The translations under genes and the position numbers were made by a program. This document shows, one piece after another, positions 51,528-62,242 of a stretch of 64,000 bases of DNA. How positions within the stretch are numbered: position 1 is the first letter of the stretch; each line of letters starts with the position of its first letter. The DNA is from Octopus vulgaris (lineage: Eukaryota): assembly GCA_951406725.2 (NCBI GenBank), contig OX597815.1, positions 40,114,001 to 40,178,000 on the forward strand. Direction: 5' to 3'. The notes under the pieces are model-generated. The model ran no database searches and was not told where the DNA came from. It saw nothing but the letters and a program-made list of their open reading frames with translations.

Positions 51528-51978
51528 AACTTTTATATAGCTTGTTTGTCATCTGTTAACCATTAACTAACCATAGCAACGTCATGACCTTTCAAATAAA
51601 TAAGCTGACCAATTAGATTACGTGAATAACCACAACCCGCTCCCCATTACCAATAGGGATTCAGTAACTTGTTAACTATAGAATAACGGAAGTTAATACA
51701 GTATCTTGTTAACTACCCGGAGATTTAATGCATTTACTAATGCATTTACTAATGCATTACAACTGCTGTCATAAATATTGATATAAACTTTCACCCCATA
51801 ATGGGAACCATGATTGCTGGCCCTCAACTATAAACACATCATATATTTATGTATATGTATATCTATGTGTGTATATTTATTCATTCATTCATTCATTTAT
51901 TTATATGCAAGGACAATACGGACCACTGCAGGAATACACCTTACCTAACGCATGAAGTATGTGCGTATATATATGCAG

Positions 51979-52284
51979 TGATGGCGCAATGGCCCAGTGG
52001 TTAGGGCAGCGGACTCGCGGCCGTAGGATCGCGGTTTCGATTCCCAGACCGGGCGTTGTGAGTGTTTATTGAGCGAAAACACCTAAAAGCTCCACGAGAC
52101 TCCGGCAGGGGGAGGTGATCCCTGCTGTACTCTTTCACCACTCTTTCTCCCACTCTTTCTTCTGTTGGCCTGCTCGCTTAGCCAGCGGGGTGGCGTCATT
52201 CGAAGGCTAAAACAATGCGAACGCATTGTGACCAGCGATGTGTAACTACATCTGATGGACTGGTCGGTCACGTGATCACGTGAC
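51979..52284 (+). mobile_element. tRNA-derived SINE, family C2 (C1 head, different tail)
   Basis: First ~170 bp match C1; the tail matches 31369-31487. Confidence 0.9.
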
Positions 52285-52589
52285 ATATATGTATATATAC
52301 ATATGTGTGTGTGTGTATCTGTATTTGTATATATATGTGTGTGTGTGTGTATTTCTCCTTTTATGTGTAATTTCAGTTCTAAAAACTGTACCCCTCTCAA
52401 ACTCCATTATTTTCTTCGATTATACTGTTATTTCTCTTTCTCTTTTTATGCATGCTCTAATAAGAATATTGTACTACACCTACTAATAACTAATTCTGTT
52501 ATAAGTATGTACATGCATATATACATGCATGTCTGTATGTATATATATATATATGTATGGATGTGTATGTATATATGTAAACGTATATT

Positions 52590-52992
52590 ACTCTTTTACT
52601 CTTTTACTTGTTTCAGTCATTTGACTGCGGCCATGCTGGAGCACCGCCTTTAGTCGGGCAAATCGCCCCCGGGACTTATTCTTTGTAAGCCTAGTACTTA
52701 TTCTATCGGTCTCTCTTTTGCCAAACCGCTAAGTGACGGGGACGTAAACACACCAGCATTGGTTGTCAAGCAATGCTAGGGAGACAAACACACACACACA
52801 CAAACACACACACATAATACATATATATATATATATACATATATACGACAGGCTTCTTTCAGTTTCCGTCTACCAAAATCCATTCACAAGGCATTGGTCG
52901 GCCTGGGGCTATAGCAGAAGACACTGCCCAAGATGCCACGCAGTGGGACTGAACCCGGAACCATGTGGTTGGTTAGCAAGCTACTTACCACA
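52590..52992 (-). mobile_element. Family B (CORE-type) SINE, near full length
   Basis: tRNA-like head, CORE-like segment, internal (TA)/(TG) tract, GAGTAAAA tail. Confidence 0.88.
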
Positions 52993-53046
52993 CATATATT
53001 TATATATGCATAAATTAGCCCTATGAACTTCGACTATCTTATAAAA

Positions 53047-53170
53047 CTCTCTGACGAAGCCTAGAGGATACCCAAGTAACCTAACTTTATCTACAGATTA
53101 CTACAATACACTGAAAAGATGGAAATAACATATGGGGTACCGTGACCTCTAAGCTGAAACAGCTGTAAGA
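53047..53170 (+). ncRNA. Hammerhead ribozyme with a 78-nt insertion in stem II
   Basis: TCT-CTGACGA-AGCCTAGAGG..CCTCTAAGCT-GAAA-CAGCTGT-A-AGA; 9/10-bp stem II, palindromic ACAGCTGT stem III, GUA site. Confidence 0.75.
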
Positions 53171-53294
53171 AACTGTTCTTCTTTCTCGAACTCTTTCATA
53201 TAAATAAATAGACATAATATAATGTCGAGCAGCTGATGAATACTTCTTCTGGATTCCCTCCATTTTCTTCTTGCCATATATATATATATATATA

Positions 53295-53668
53295 CTCTTT
53301 ACTATCTTTTACTCTTTTACTTGTTTCAGTCATTTGACTGCGGCCATGCTGGAGCACCGCCTTTAATCGAGCAACTCGATCCCGGGACTTATTCTTTGTA
53401 AGCCCAGTACTTATTCTATCGGTCTGTTTTGCCGAACCGCTAAGTTACGGGGACGCAAACACGCCAGTATCGGTTGTCAAGCAATGCTAGGGGGACAAAC
53501 ACAGACACACAAACACACACACATACATATATGGGACTGAACCCGTAACCATGGTTCCGGGTTCAGTCCCACTGCGTGGCATCTTGGGCAAGTGTCTTCT
53601 GCTATAGCCCCGGGCCGACCAATGCCTTGTGAGTAGATTTGGTAGACGGAAACTGAAAGAAGCCTGTC

Positions 53669-53718
<50 letters not shown>

Positions 53719-53940
53719 GTATATGTATGTGTGTGTTTGTGTGACTTTGTTTGTCTCCCTAGCATTGCTTGACAACCGATGCTGGTGTGTTTACGTCCCC
53801 GTAACTTAGCTGTTCGGCAAAAGAGACCGATAGAATAAGTACTGGGCTTACAAAGAATAAGTCCCGGGGTCGATTTGCTCGACTAAAGGGCGGTGCTCCA
53901 GCATGGCCGCAGTCAAATGACTGAAGCAAGTAAAAGAGTA
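53295..53940. mobile_element. Head-to-head pair of family B SINEs
   Basis: Minus copy 53295-53551 (internally deleted) and plus copy 53552-53940, joined at a 38-bp near-palindrome. Confidence 0.85.
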
Positions 53941-54047
53941 ATGTGTTTATTCTCTTGCACACATATATACATATATATATATATACACACATATATATAT
54001 ATATATATAAAAACATATACATATATATACATACATATATATATATA

Positions 54048-54440
54048 CTAGCAGTATCGCCCGGCGTTGCTCGGGTTTGTAAGGGAAATAATTATATAAG
54101 CATTTTTAGAGATGTAAAGTATAATAGCCATCTCAATATGGCTAACCACAAAGGGGAGGGGTGTTACTGTAGCTTTTTACGTTCTGAGATTTAATAATAA
54201 ATTTTAGAGAGTTACTTCCCTTATATATGTCAAAAATGGATTAAAAATGGGAAAAATTGATGGTAAATTTTTTTTAAATCGTAGACTCATCGTAGACGCG
54301 CGCTAATACCCAGACGGTCTCGATATGAATCACGACTATAAGATACCCGGTTTTGGTTAAACTGCACCGCAAAATGTGGGAGTAGTTAGGAATCTAAATC
54401 GTAGGAGACAGACACACAACCTCACTTTTATATATAAAGA
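54048..54440 (-). mobile_element. Non-autonomous Helitron
   Basis: On the minus strand: A|TCTTTATATATAAAAG 5' end, hairpin CCCGAGCAACGCCGGG, CTAG|T 3' end, no TSD. Confidence 0.9.
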
Positions 54441-54541
54441 TTTCCTCTATTTACATAATATTGAGGTCTCTTTCTTTCTTTTGTTATCTTACTGTTTTTA
54501 CCAATATACATATATATATATATATATATAAATATATATAT

Positions 54542-54866
54542 AGTTACAGAGATGTACTTGCATAGCAAGTGACTTGATCTGAGATCGTGTGCTGGAACGA
54601 AAACAGTTGCAGCGTTGAAGGTGTTTATAAGCCATTTAAGAAACACACAAAAACCGTTAGATTCACTTCAACATTTAAATTTAATTTGTCAAAATATTTT
54701 CATCGCTTTGAGACCGCGACCTGTTAGCACGATATTTTTGTCAGTGAACAGGTCGCGGTCTCAAAGCGACGAAAATATTTTGGCAAATTAAATTTAAATG
54801 TTGAAGTGAATGTAACGGTTTTTGTGTGTTTCTTAAATGGCTTACAAACACCTTCCACGCTGCAAT
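54542..54866. mobile_element. Inverted pair of hammerhead-bearing pLTR-like repeats next to (TA)n
   Basis: About 54608-54725 is the reverse complement of 54747-54864; a third copy lies at 57860-58052. Confidence 0.88.
54737..54787 (+). ncRNA. Minimal hammerhead with flipped G3-C8 core
   Basis: TTTGTCA-GTGAACA-G-GTCGC ggtctcaaa GCGAC-GAAA-ATATT-T-TGGCAAA. Confidence 0.7.
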
Positions 54867-55249
54867 ATATATATACACACATATATATATATGTGTGTAT
54901 GTATGTATGTATGTATGTATGTATGTATGTATGTATGTATGTGTGTATATGTGTATGCATGTATGTGTGTGTGTGTGCGTGTCTGTGCTTGTGATTGTCC
55001 TCCACCACTGCTTGACAACGAATGTTGGTTTGTTTACATCCCTGTCACCTAGTGGTTTGACAAAGGAAACAGATAGAATAAGTACAATGCTTACAAAAAT
55101 AAAAGTGGAGTTGATTCATTAAACTACAATTCTTCAAGGCATTGCCCCAGCATGGCCACAGACCAATGGCTGGAAAAAGCAGAAGAATAAAAGAATACAT
55201 TCTCTGCTTTGGTCTTATGTTCAAGGCATGAGAAAGCTTGAGTTTACAT

Positions 55250-55530
55250 GAGAAGGCCTAACAGACCTGGTAGAAACAGCAACCAAATCTCCCTCAAATC
55301 ACACCTCACTGTCTTATGTATGTATATATATATATATGAGCCAATGAGGGGGACCTCTACATGGTAGCTAGACCTGGTAGAAATAGCAGCCAAATTTCCC
55401 CCAAATCACACCTTACTGTCTTATCTATGTATATATGTATGTATGAGCCTATGAGGGAGACCCCTACATGGCAGCTAGACCTGGTAGAAATACCAGCCAA
55501 ATTTCCCCCAAATCACACCTTACTGTCTTA
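55250..55530 (+). repeat. Three tandem ~107-bp units of a dispersed repeat fragment
   Basis: AGACCTGGTAGAAA.A.CA.CCAAAT.TCCC.CAAATCACACC near 55263, 55370 and 55477; related fragments near 1320, 1690 and 22400. Confidence 0.8.
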
Positions 55531-55773
55531 TCTTTCTGCTACTTGGATATAGGTGTTATATTCGTCGTAAAAAACTTTCCTGTCACACACTCACGCACAC
55601 GCACACACACACACACACACGCACCCTCACACACACACACACGCGCACACCCACACACACCCACTCACACACACGCACGTTAGCTTACAATTTTATTTAT
55701 ATATTTGCGTGTCAATGTGTGGAAAGAGGAAGTGGGAGGCAGAGTGAAAGAATCACTCACTACAGTAAGTCAA

Positions 55774-56044
55774 TTACTTTCATTTTATTCGTTGCCTACT
55801 GTGTGTGTGCGTTTGCGTGTGGTGTAAACCAGACTAAGAAAAGCATTTGACACACACACCAGAATGTGAGTTTTCTGTAAATTTTGCTTAATTGGAGTTT
55901 AAATTTTAAAAACTGGACCTGGCATGACGCGATGCATTGTACTCTTAAAAATGTTAGGTAAATTGTAATTGAAGAAATCCTATATTGTAGATTTCTATAA
56001 CTCCCAAACGGAGGCAGATAAAATCTGCCTTTTATAATAAGAGA
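55774..56044 (-). mobile_element. Helitron-like 5' end, second family (near-identical copy at 57571-57842)
   Basis: Minus strand begins A|TCTCTTATTATAAAAGG with a subterminal hairpin AGGCAGAT-TTT-ATCTGCCT; no 3' CTAG found. Confidence 0.6.
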
Positions 56045-56056
56045 TATATATATATA

Positions 56057-56692
56057 CTAGCAGTATCGCCCGGCGTTGCTCGGGTTTGTAAGGGAAATAA
56101 CTATATAAGCATTTTTAGAGAGTTATAGCCAAAAAATAGCAAAAAATGCATTAAAAATGGAAAAAATATGATGGTAAATTTTTTTTAAATCGTTGACTCA
56201 TCGTAGACATTTTTAGAGAGTTACTTCCCTTATATAATAGCGAAAAAATGCATTAAAATGGAAAAAAAACGATGGTAAATTTTTTTTTAAATCGTAGACT
56301 CATGTAGACGCTTTCTTAGCCATTTCTGTTTTGGTGTCTTCAAGCCATGAAGTCGTTGTTCTAAAAGAACGCTGGTCTCCTTGACAACGCATTACGACGT
56401 TGATTTCCTTACACTCCCTTCCCCACAGGTGCAAGTGTGAGCGTGGACGCCAACTCCGCCGCCATCGACACACGAAAAATTATGCATTAAAATGGAATAA
56501 AATATGATGTTAAGTTATTTTTAAAATCGTAGACTCATCGTAGACGCGCGCTAATACTCAGACGGGCTCGATATGAATCACGACTATAAGCTACCCGAAT
56601 TTGGTTAAACTGCACCGCAAAATGTGGGAGTAGTTAGGAATCTAAATCGAAGGGGACAGACACTCACACAACTACAGTTTTATATATATAGA
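56057..56692 (-). mobile_element. Non-autonomous Helitron, longer variant of 54048-54440
   Basis: Same 3' hairpin and CTAG, TC 5' end; internal tandem ~90-bp units plus an extra block at 56310-56475. Confidence 0.9.
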
Positions 56693-56699
56693 TATACAT

Positions 56700-57070
56700 A
56701 GCGCAGTAGTGGTGAGATATGACAGCAAAGAAAAGCATACATTCACTCTCTGCATGCAATTAGACTCGGAAAGTTCGTGAGGAACCCATTGACCCAATTT
56801 GCTGACTTTTCCGATAGCACACAGGTGTCAATGAATGGTTGAATGACCAAATCCAAGCTTCTCTGCTAGTTCCTCAACAGTTACGATGATATTTTGTTCC
56901 ACCAGGGTTTTCAGGATGTCCTTGTCGAGTTCTACAGATCTTTCAGGATGAGGCTCGTCTTCTAGGCTTTAGTTTATGGCTCGGGATTTCTGGAACCACC
57001 ATTGACACTGCCTTACGCTTATTGTCCAATCCCCATATACTGCATTAATATTTCTTGTACTTTGCACACA
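56700..57070 (-). mobile_element. Mariner transposase N-terminal fragment
   Basis: RNINAVYG..VRQCQWWFQK..LEDEP..LGQWVPHEL. Confidence 0.85.
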
Positions 57071-58001
57071 TTTATATTCTGTTATTCTTTTATATGTTTC
57101 AGCCTTGAGGTTGTGGCCATGCTGGATCATGTGTGTGTGTGTGTGTGTGTGTCTATCTGTCTGTCTGTATGTATGTATATATGTATATGTATGTGTGTGA
57201 ACAATAATATTTTCAACAGATGTGTTGCAAATGTATCTGATTGTTCTCAAGCTTCAATACTGTGTGTGTGTGTATGTGTGTATGTATGTATGTATATGTA
57301 TGTATGTATGTATGTATGTGTGTATGTGTGTGTGTATGTATGTGTGTGTGTATGTGTGTATGTATGTATGTATGTATGTATGTATGTATGTATGTATGTA
57401 TGTATGTATGTATGTATGAGTGTATGTTTACTTTATTACTAATTACTCTCTTCCAAGAACATTTTCACTCACTCTTAGCTCTTAGCTTCCCATACATTTT
57501 ACTCATGTATCTATCAGCGTCATAGACAGAATACTTTCACTTTAGTCTTCCTCAAATCACTCTGTCGCTATTTACTTTCATTTTATTCGTTGCCCACTGT
57601 GTGTGTGCGTTTGCGTGTGGTGTAAACCAGACTAAGAAAAGCATTTGACACACACACCAGAATGTGAGTTTTCTGTAAATTTTGCTTAATTGGAGTTTAA
57701 ATTTTAAAAACTGGACCTGGCATGACGCGATGCATTGTACTCTCAAAAATGCAAGGTAAATTGTAATTGAAGAAATCCTATATTGTAGATTTGTATAACT
57801 CCCAAAGGGAGGCAGATAAAATCTGCCTTTTATAATAAGAGATATATATATATATATATGTTACGGAGATGTACTCGCATAGCAAGTAATTTGATCTGAG
57901 ATCGTGTGCTGAAACGAAAACAATTGCAGCGTGGAAGGTGTTTATAAGCCATTTAAGAAACACACAAAAGCCGTTCGATTCACTCCAACATTTAAGTTTA
58001 A

Positions 58002-58051
58002 TTTGTCAAAATATTTTCGTCGCTAAAATCCGCGACCTGTTCACTGACAAA
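58002..58051 (-). ncRNA. Minimal hammerhead with flipped G3-C8 core (second copy)
   Basis: Minus strand TTTGTCA-GTGAACA-G-GTCGC ggatttta GCGAC-GAAA-ATATT-T-TGACAAA; perfect 7-bp stem I. Confidence 0.72.
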
Positions 58052-58071
58052 GATATATATATATACATAAA

Positions 58072-58270
<199 letters not shown>

Positions 58271-58289
58271 TATATTCATACCGAAAAAA

Positions 58290-60668
58290 TACCTGATTAC
58301 CTTCCCCTGTTTGGAAATCTTATACCTCATATGCTAGCGAAGAGATGACACAACATCGGTAAGGAAATTTGAGAAATTTGAAAAGAAAATACCAAACCCT
58401 CTGTGGTTGGTGCAAAGTCCCTTCCAGACCTAGAGTTACGTGGTGGTCGAATTGTATGGTAGACAAAGCCATTAGAGCAAAGAAACAGGCCTGGAAAGCC
58501 TGGAAGGGTGTGGGTAGCGGAGAACTGTACCAGGTAGCCAAAAGGAGGACTGGGCGGCAGGTATACATAGCCAAGAGCGAAGCGGTAAAGAAGAAGCTTG
58601 CCAATGTCCAGTGACGTGAGGACCAAAGAACTGAAGTATTTTGGATTGCAAGACAATATGTGAGAGAAAATTGTGATGTCACAGGAGAGAAATGTGTCCA
58701 CATGGATGATGGTGCACTTGCTTTTAATGATTCAGAAGAGAAGGAGGTTTGGAGAAGCCATTAGGAAAGACTGCTGAATATGGAGAATGAATGGCAGGAG
58801 GAGAGCCTGCCAAATGTTGACCCAGTAGAGGGGCGGGCTACCCGAATAGACAGCTCCCTAGTAGATAAGGCAATTAAAGTTATGAAACCAGGAAAAGCTC
58901 CCGGTCCATCAGGAATCACTGCCGAGATGCTTAAAACATCTGGTGATGTGGGCTATGGCCTAGTCACCCGCATTGTAAACCAGGTAGTTTATGACGGAGT
59001 CATACCCAACGACTGGCGTAGCAGCACCATAGTCAACTGCTACAAGGGTAAAGGTGATCCTCTAGATAGAAATAACTACAGGGGTATCAAACAGCTGGAT
59101 CAGGTGATGAAGGTCACAGAGAGAGTCATAGCCCATCTCATCAGGGAGAAAGTCTGCCTAGATGAGATATAGTTCGGGTTTGTGCCGGGTAGAAGAACCA
59201 CTGACGCCATATTCCTGATTCGACAACTGCAGGAGAAATACCTAGCTAAAGATAAACCCCTATACTTAACTTTTGTGGACTTGGAGAAAGCCTTTGACAG
59301 GGTCCCCCGATCCCTTATCTGGTGGGCGATGGGGAAACTGGAGATTGACGACTGGTTAATAAGGGCTGTACAGGCCATTTACAGAGAGGCCGTTAGTAAG
59401 ATTAGGATTGGCAATGAGTATAGTGAAGAATTCCGGGTAGAAGTAGGCGTTCACCAAGGTTCAGCCCTCAGTCGCCTTTTATTCATCATAGTCCTCCAGA
59501 CAATAACAGAGGAATTCAAGACGGGTTGCCCCTGGGAGCTCCTCTATACTGATGACCTGGCCCTCATAACAGAATCACTACCGGAACTAGAAAAGAAATT
59601 TCGTGTGCGGAAGCTACGTTTAGAATCAAAAGACCTTAGAGTCAATGTAGCAAAGACCAAAGTTCTAGTAAGTAGGAAGGCGAACTCATCACACACCCCT
59701 TATGTAGGTGGCCCTGCTCGATATGTAGAAAAGGTGTAGGTAGAAACCCCATAAGATGTACCCAGTGTAAGCTATGGACGCATAAGAGGTGCGGCAATAT
59801 CAAAGGAAAATTAACCGAGAAGATAGCTTTCGTGTGCGGGGAGAAACTAGAAGTAGTTGATAGTTTCCGCTACCTAGGTGACCAAGTTAGTAGTGGGGGT
59901 GGAAACTCAGAGAGTGTTACCACCAGAATAAGAATAGCCTGGGTAAAGTTGAGAAAGTTTCTTCCCCTACTCGCTCAGAGTGAAAGGTAGATTGTACGAC
60001 GCCACGCAGTGAAACATGGGCTGTGACTGCGGAGGACATCCGTAGGCTCGAAAGAAATGAAGCTAGCATGATCCGCTGGATGTGTAATGTCAGTGTGCAT
60101 GCACGAGAGTGTAAGCGCCCTGAGAGAAATGTTGAACATAAGAAGCATCAGATGTGGAGTGCAGGAGAGACGTTTGCGTTGGTATGGGCATGTACTATGG
60201 ATGGATGAGGAGAGATGTGTGAAGGAATCCGGGGTAGAGGTAGACCCAGGAAGACATGGGATGAGGTGATCAAGCATGACCTTCGAACGTTGGGCCTCAC
60301 AGAGGCAATGACGAAAGACCGAGATCTCTGGAGATATGCTGTGACTGCGAAGACCCGACAAATGAAGTGAGTTTATGGCTCGCAGGACGGCCTGCTGTGC
60401 TAACCTTGGATCATGGGGTGACCTGCTGTGCTTGAGGAGAACTATTGAGTCAAGTACATCAACATCAAAATAAAATCAAATGGAAATTGTAGTTGTGATG
60501 CACCCACTACACTCACGGAGTGGTCGGCGTTAGGAAGGGCATCCAGCTGTAGAAACACTGTCAGATCAGACTGGAGCCTGGTGCAGCCTCCTGGCTTCCC
60601 AGACCCCGGTCGAACCGTTCAACCCATGCTAGCATGTAAAATGGACGTTAAATGATGATGATGATGAT
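58290..60668 (+). mobile_element. RTE-clade LINE, 5' truncated, disrupted ORF2 plus 3' UTR and (GAT)n tail
   Basis: KAPGPSGI, NYRGIK, FVDLEKAFDRVPR, GVHQGSAL, LLYTDDL, FRYLG and RRLRWYGHV, with stops and frameshifts. Confidence 0.95.
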
Positions 60669-60689
60669 ATACACATAAATATATAATAT

Positions 60690-61206
60690 TAATAGTTATC
60701 GCCAAGCTAACACGGTTATCCAAGAAAATAGGGCGAATGCTACCGTTGATTAGCTGCAAGAGGCGATCGCCTCTAGCTGCCTCTTGTGACACATAAACCT
60801 GTGTCCAAAACAATCTTCGAAAAGGGGAGATCAGCAGCTTCCCCTTGCTGGTTCAACATCCACAGACTAGTTTCGGGGTGATTGCTCGTTCACAATGTGG
60901 AGTAGCCGAACTCAGCAGGCATCGGTGTTGACTGTCTGTTCGAAGGTTCTAATGGACAAAGATATATGTGTCACAAAGCTAGCTAGAGGCGATGGCCTCT
61001 TGGAGCTAATCAACGGCAGCATTCGCCCTATTTTCCAGGACTGCCATGTTAGCTTGGCGATAAATATTACTGTCCAGTACTGCTGCCGTAATCTCCTTTA
61101 GAGAGATTTTAAAATATTAATATTAATATATATATAAAGGAGATTACGACAGCAGTACTGGATAGTAATATTTATCGCCAAGCTAACATGGCAGTCCTGG
61201 AAAATA
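60690..61206. repeat. Compound inverted repeat (three alternating arms)
   Basis: 60690-60821 vs 60939-61069 (diverged); 61029-61100 vs 61135-61206 (72 bp, 2 mismatches). Confidence 0.9.
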
Positions 61207-61407
61207 TATACACATATATATACATATATATATATACATAATATATATGATATATATATACATATATATATGTATACATATATACATATATATACATATC
61301 TATACATATGTATATATACATATATATATATATACATATATACATATACATATACATATATATACATATGTATATATATGCATATATATACATATATATA
61401 TGTATAT

Positions 61408-61466
<59 letters not shown>

Positions 61467-61603
61467 CATATATAAGAGTAAACAAGAGACACAGAGACAG
61501 GCAGAAACAAGGAAAATGCCACTTGTATTTGAACACTCTACAAATATTCTTTTAAAAAAAAACTTTTCCGCTAATTTTCCTAAATTTAATTGTTTAATTG
61601 TTA

Positions 61604-61639
61604 CAGTTGAAAATGTCTCAATGACTGAAACCGGTACGG
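61604..61639 (+). ncRNA. Candidate decayed hammerhead with U3-A8 core
   Basis: CAG-TTGAAAA-T-GTC tcaat GAC-T-GAAA-CCGGT-A-CGG; palindromic ACCGGT stem III; stem I imperfect. Confidence 0.45.
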
Positions 61640-61753
61640 AAATTTTTTTATAGAATTATTTTAGCATTTTCTATCTTGACTTTATTTCCATACACACATA
61701 TATATATATACACATATATACATATACACATATGTATATACGCTTATATGTAT

Positions 61754-61784
<31 letters not shown>

Positions 61785-61833
61785 TGCATAAATATATATA
61801 TATATTACACATAGATATATATATATATATATA

Positions 61834-62167
61834 TAGTTGAAAAAATATCGTTATAGGTATAAATATGCCATAAACCATTATAGAAAAATGGAGGAGAAAA
61901 ATATGTTCAATCAAAATTAGATTTGATACAAAACTGAATTCAATACATATTCGCGTTTCAAAGGACAATACAAATTTGTAAGAAAAAGATTATAACCATA
62001 GTAATTATAAGTAGATTTATGCATTTTCGTTTTCATCAGTGGACAAATTTATGCCTTGTCATTTTCATCAGTGATTTTTTTTCTGCATGTATGTACATTT
62101 TTACTTAAATATTGTAACTTCTTTCAAGCATCGTCTTGCCTATCACTTTTTAACTTCGTATGAATTA

Positions 62168-62242
<75 letters not shown>

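Noticed and set aside
55250-55530. Repeat-spacer-repeat pattern resembling a CRISPR array
   Set aside because: Eukaryotic context, spacers are related to each other and contain microsatellite, and there are no cas genes.
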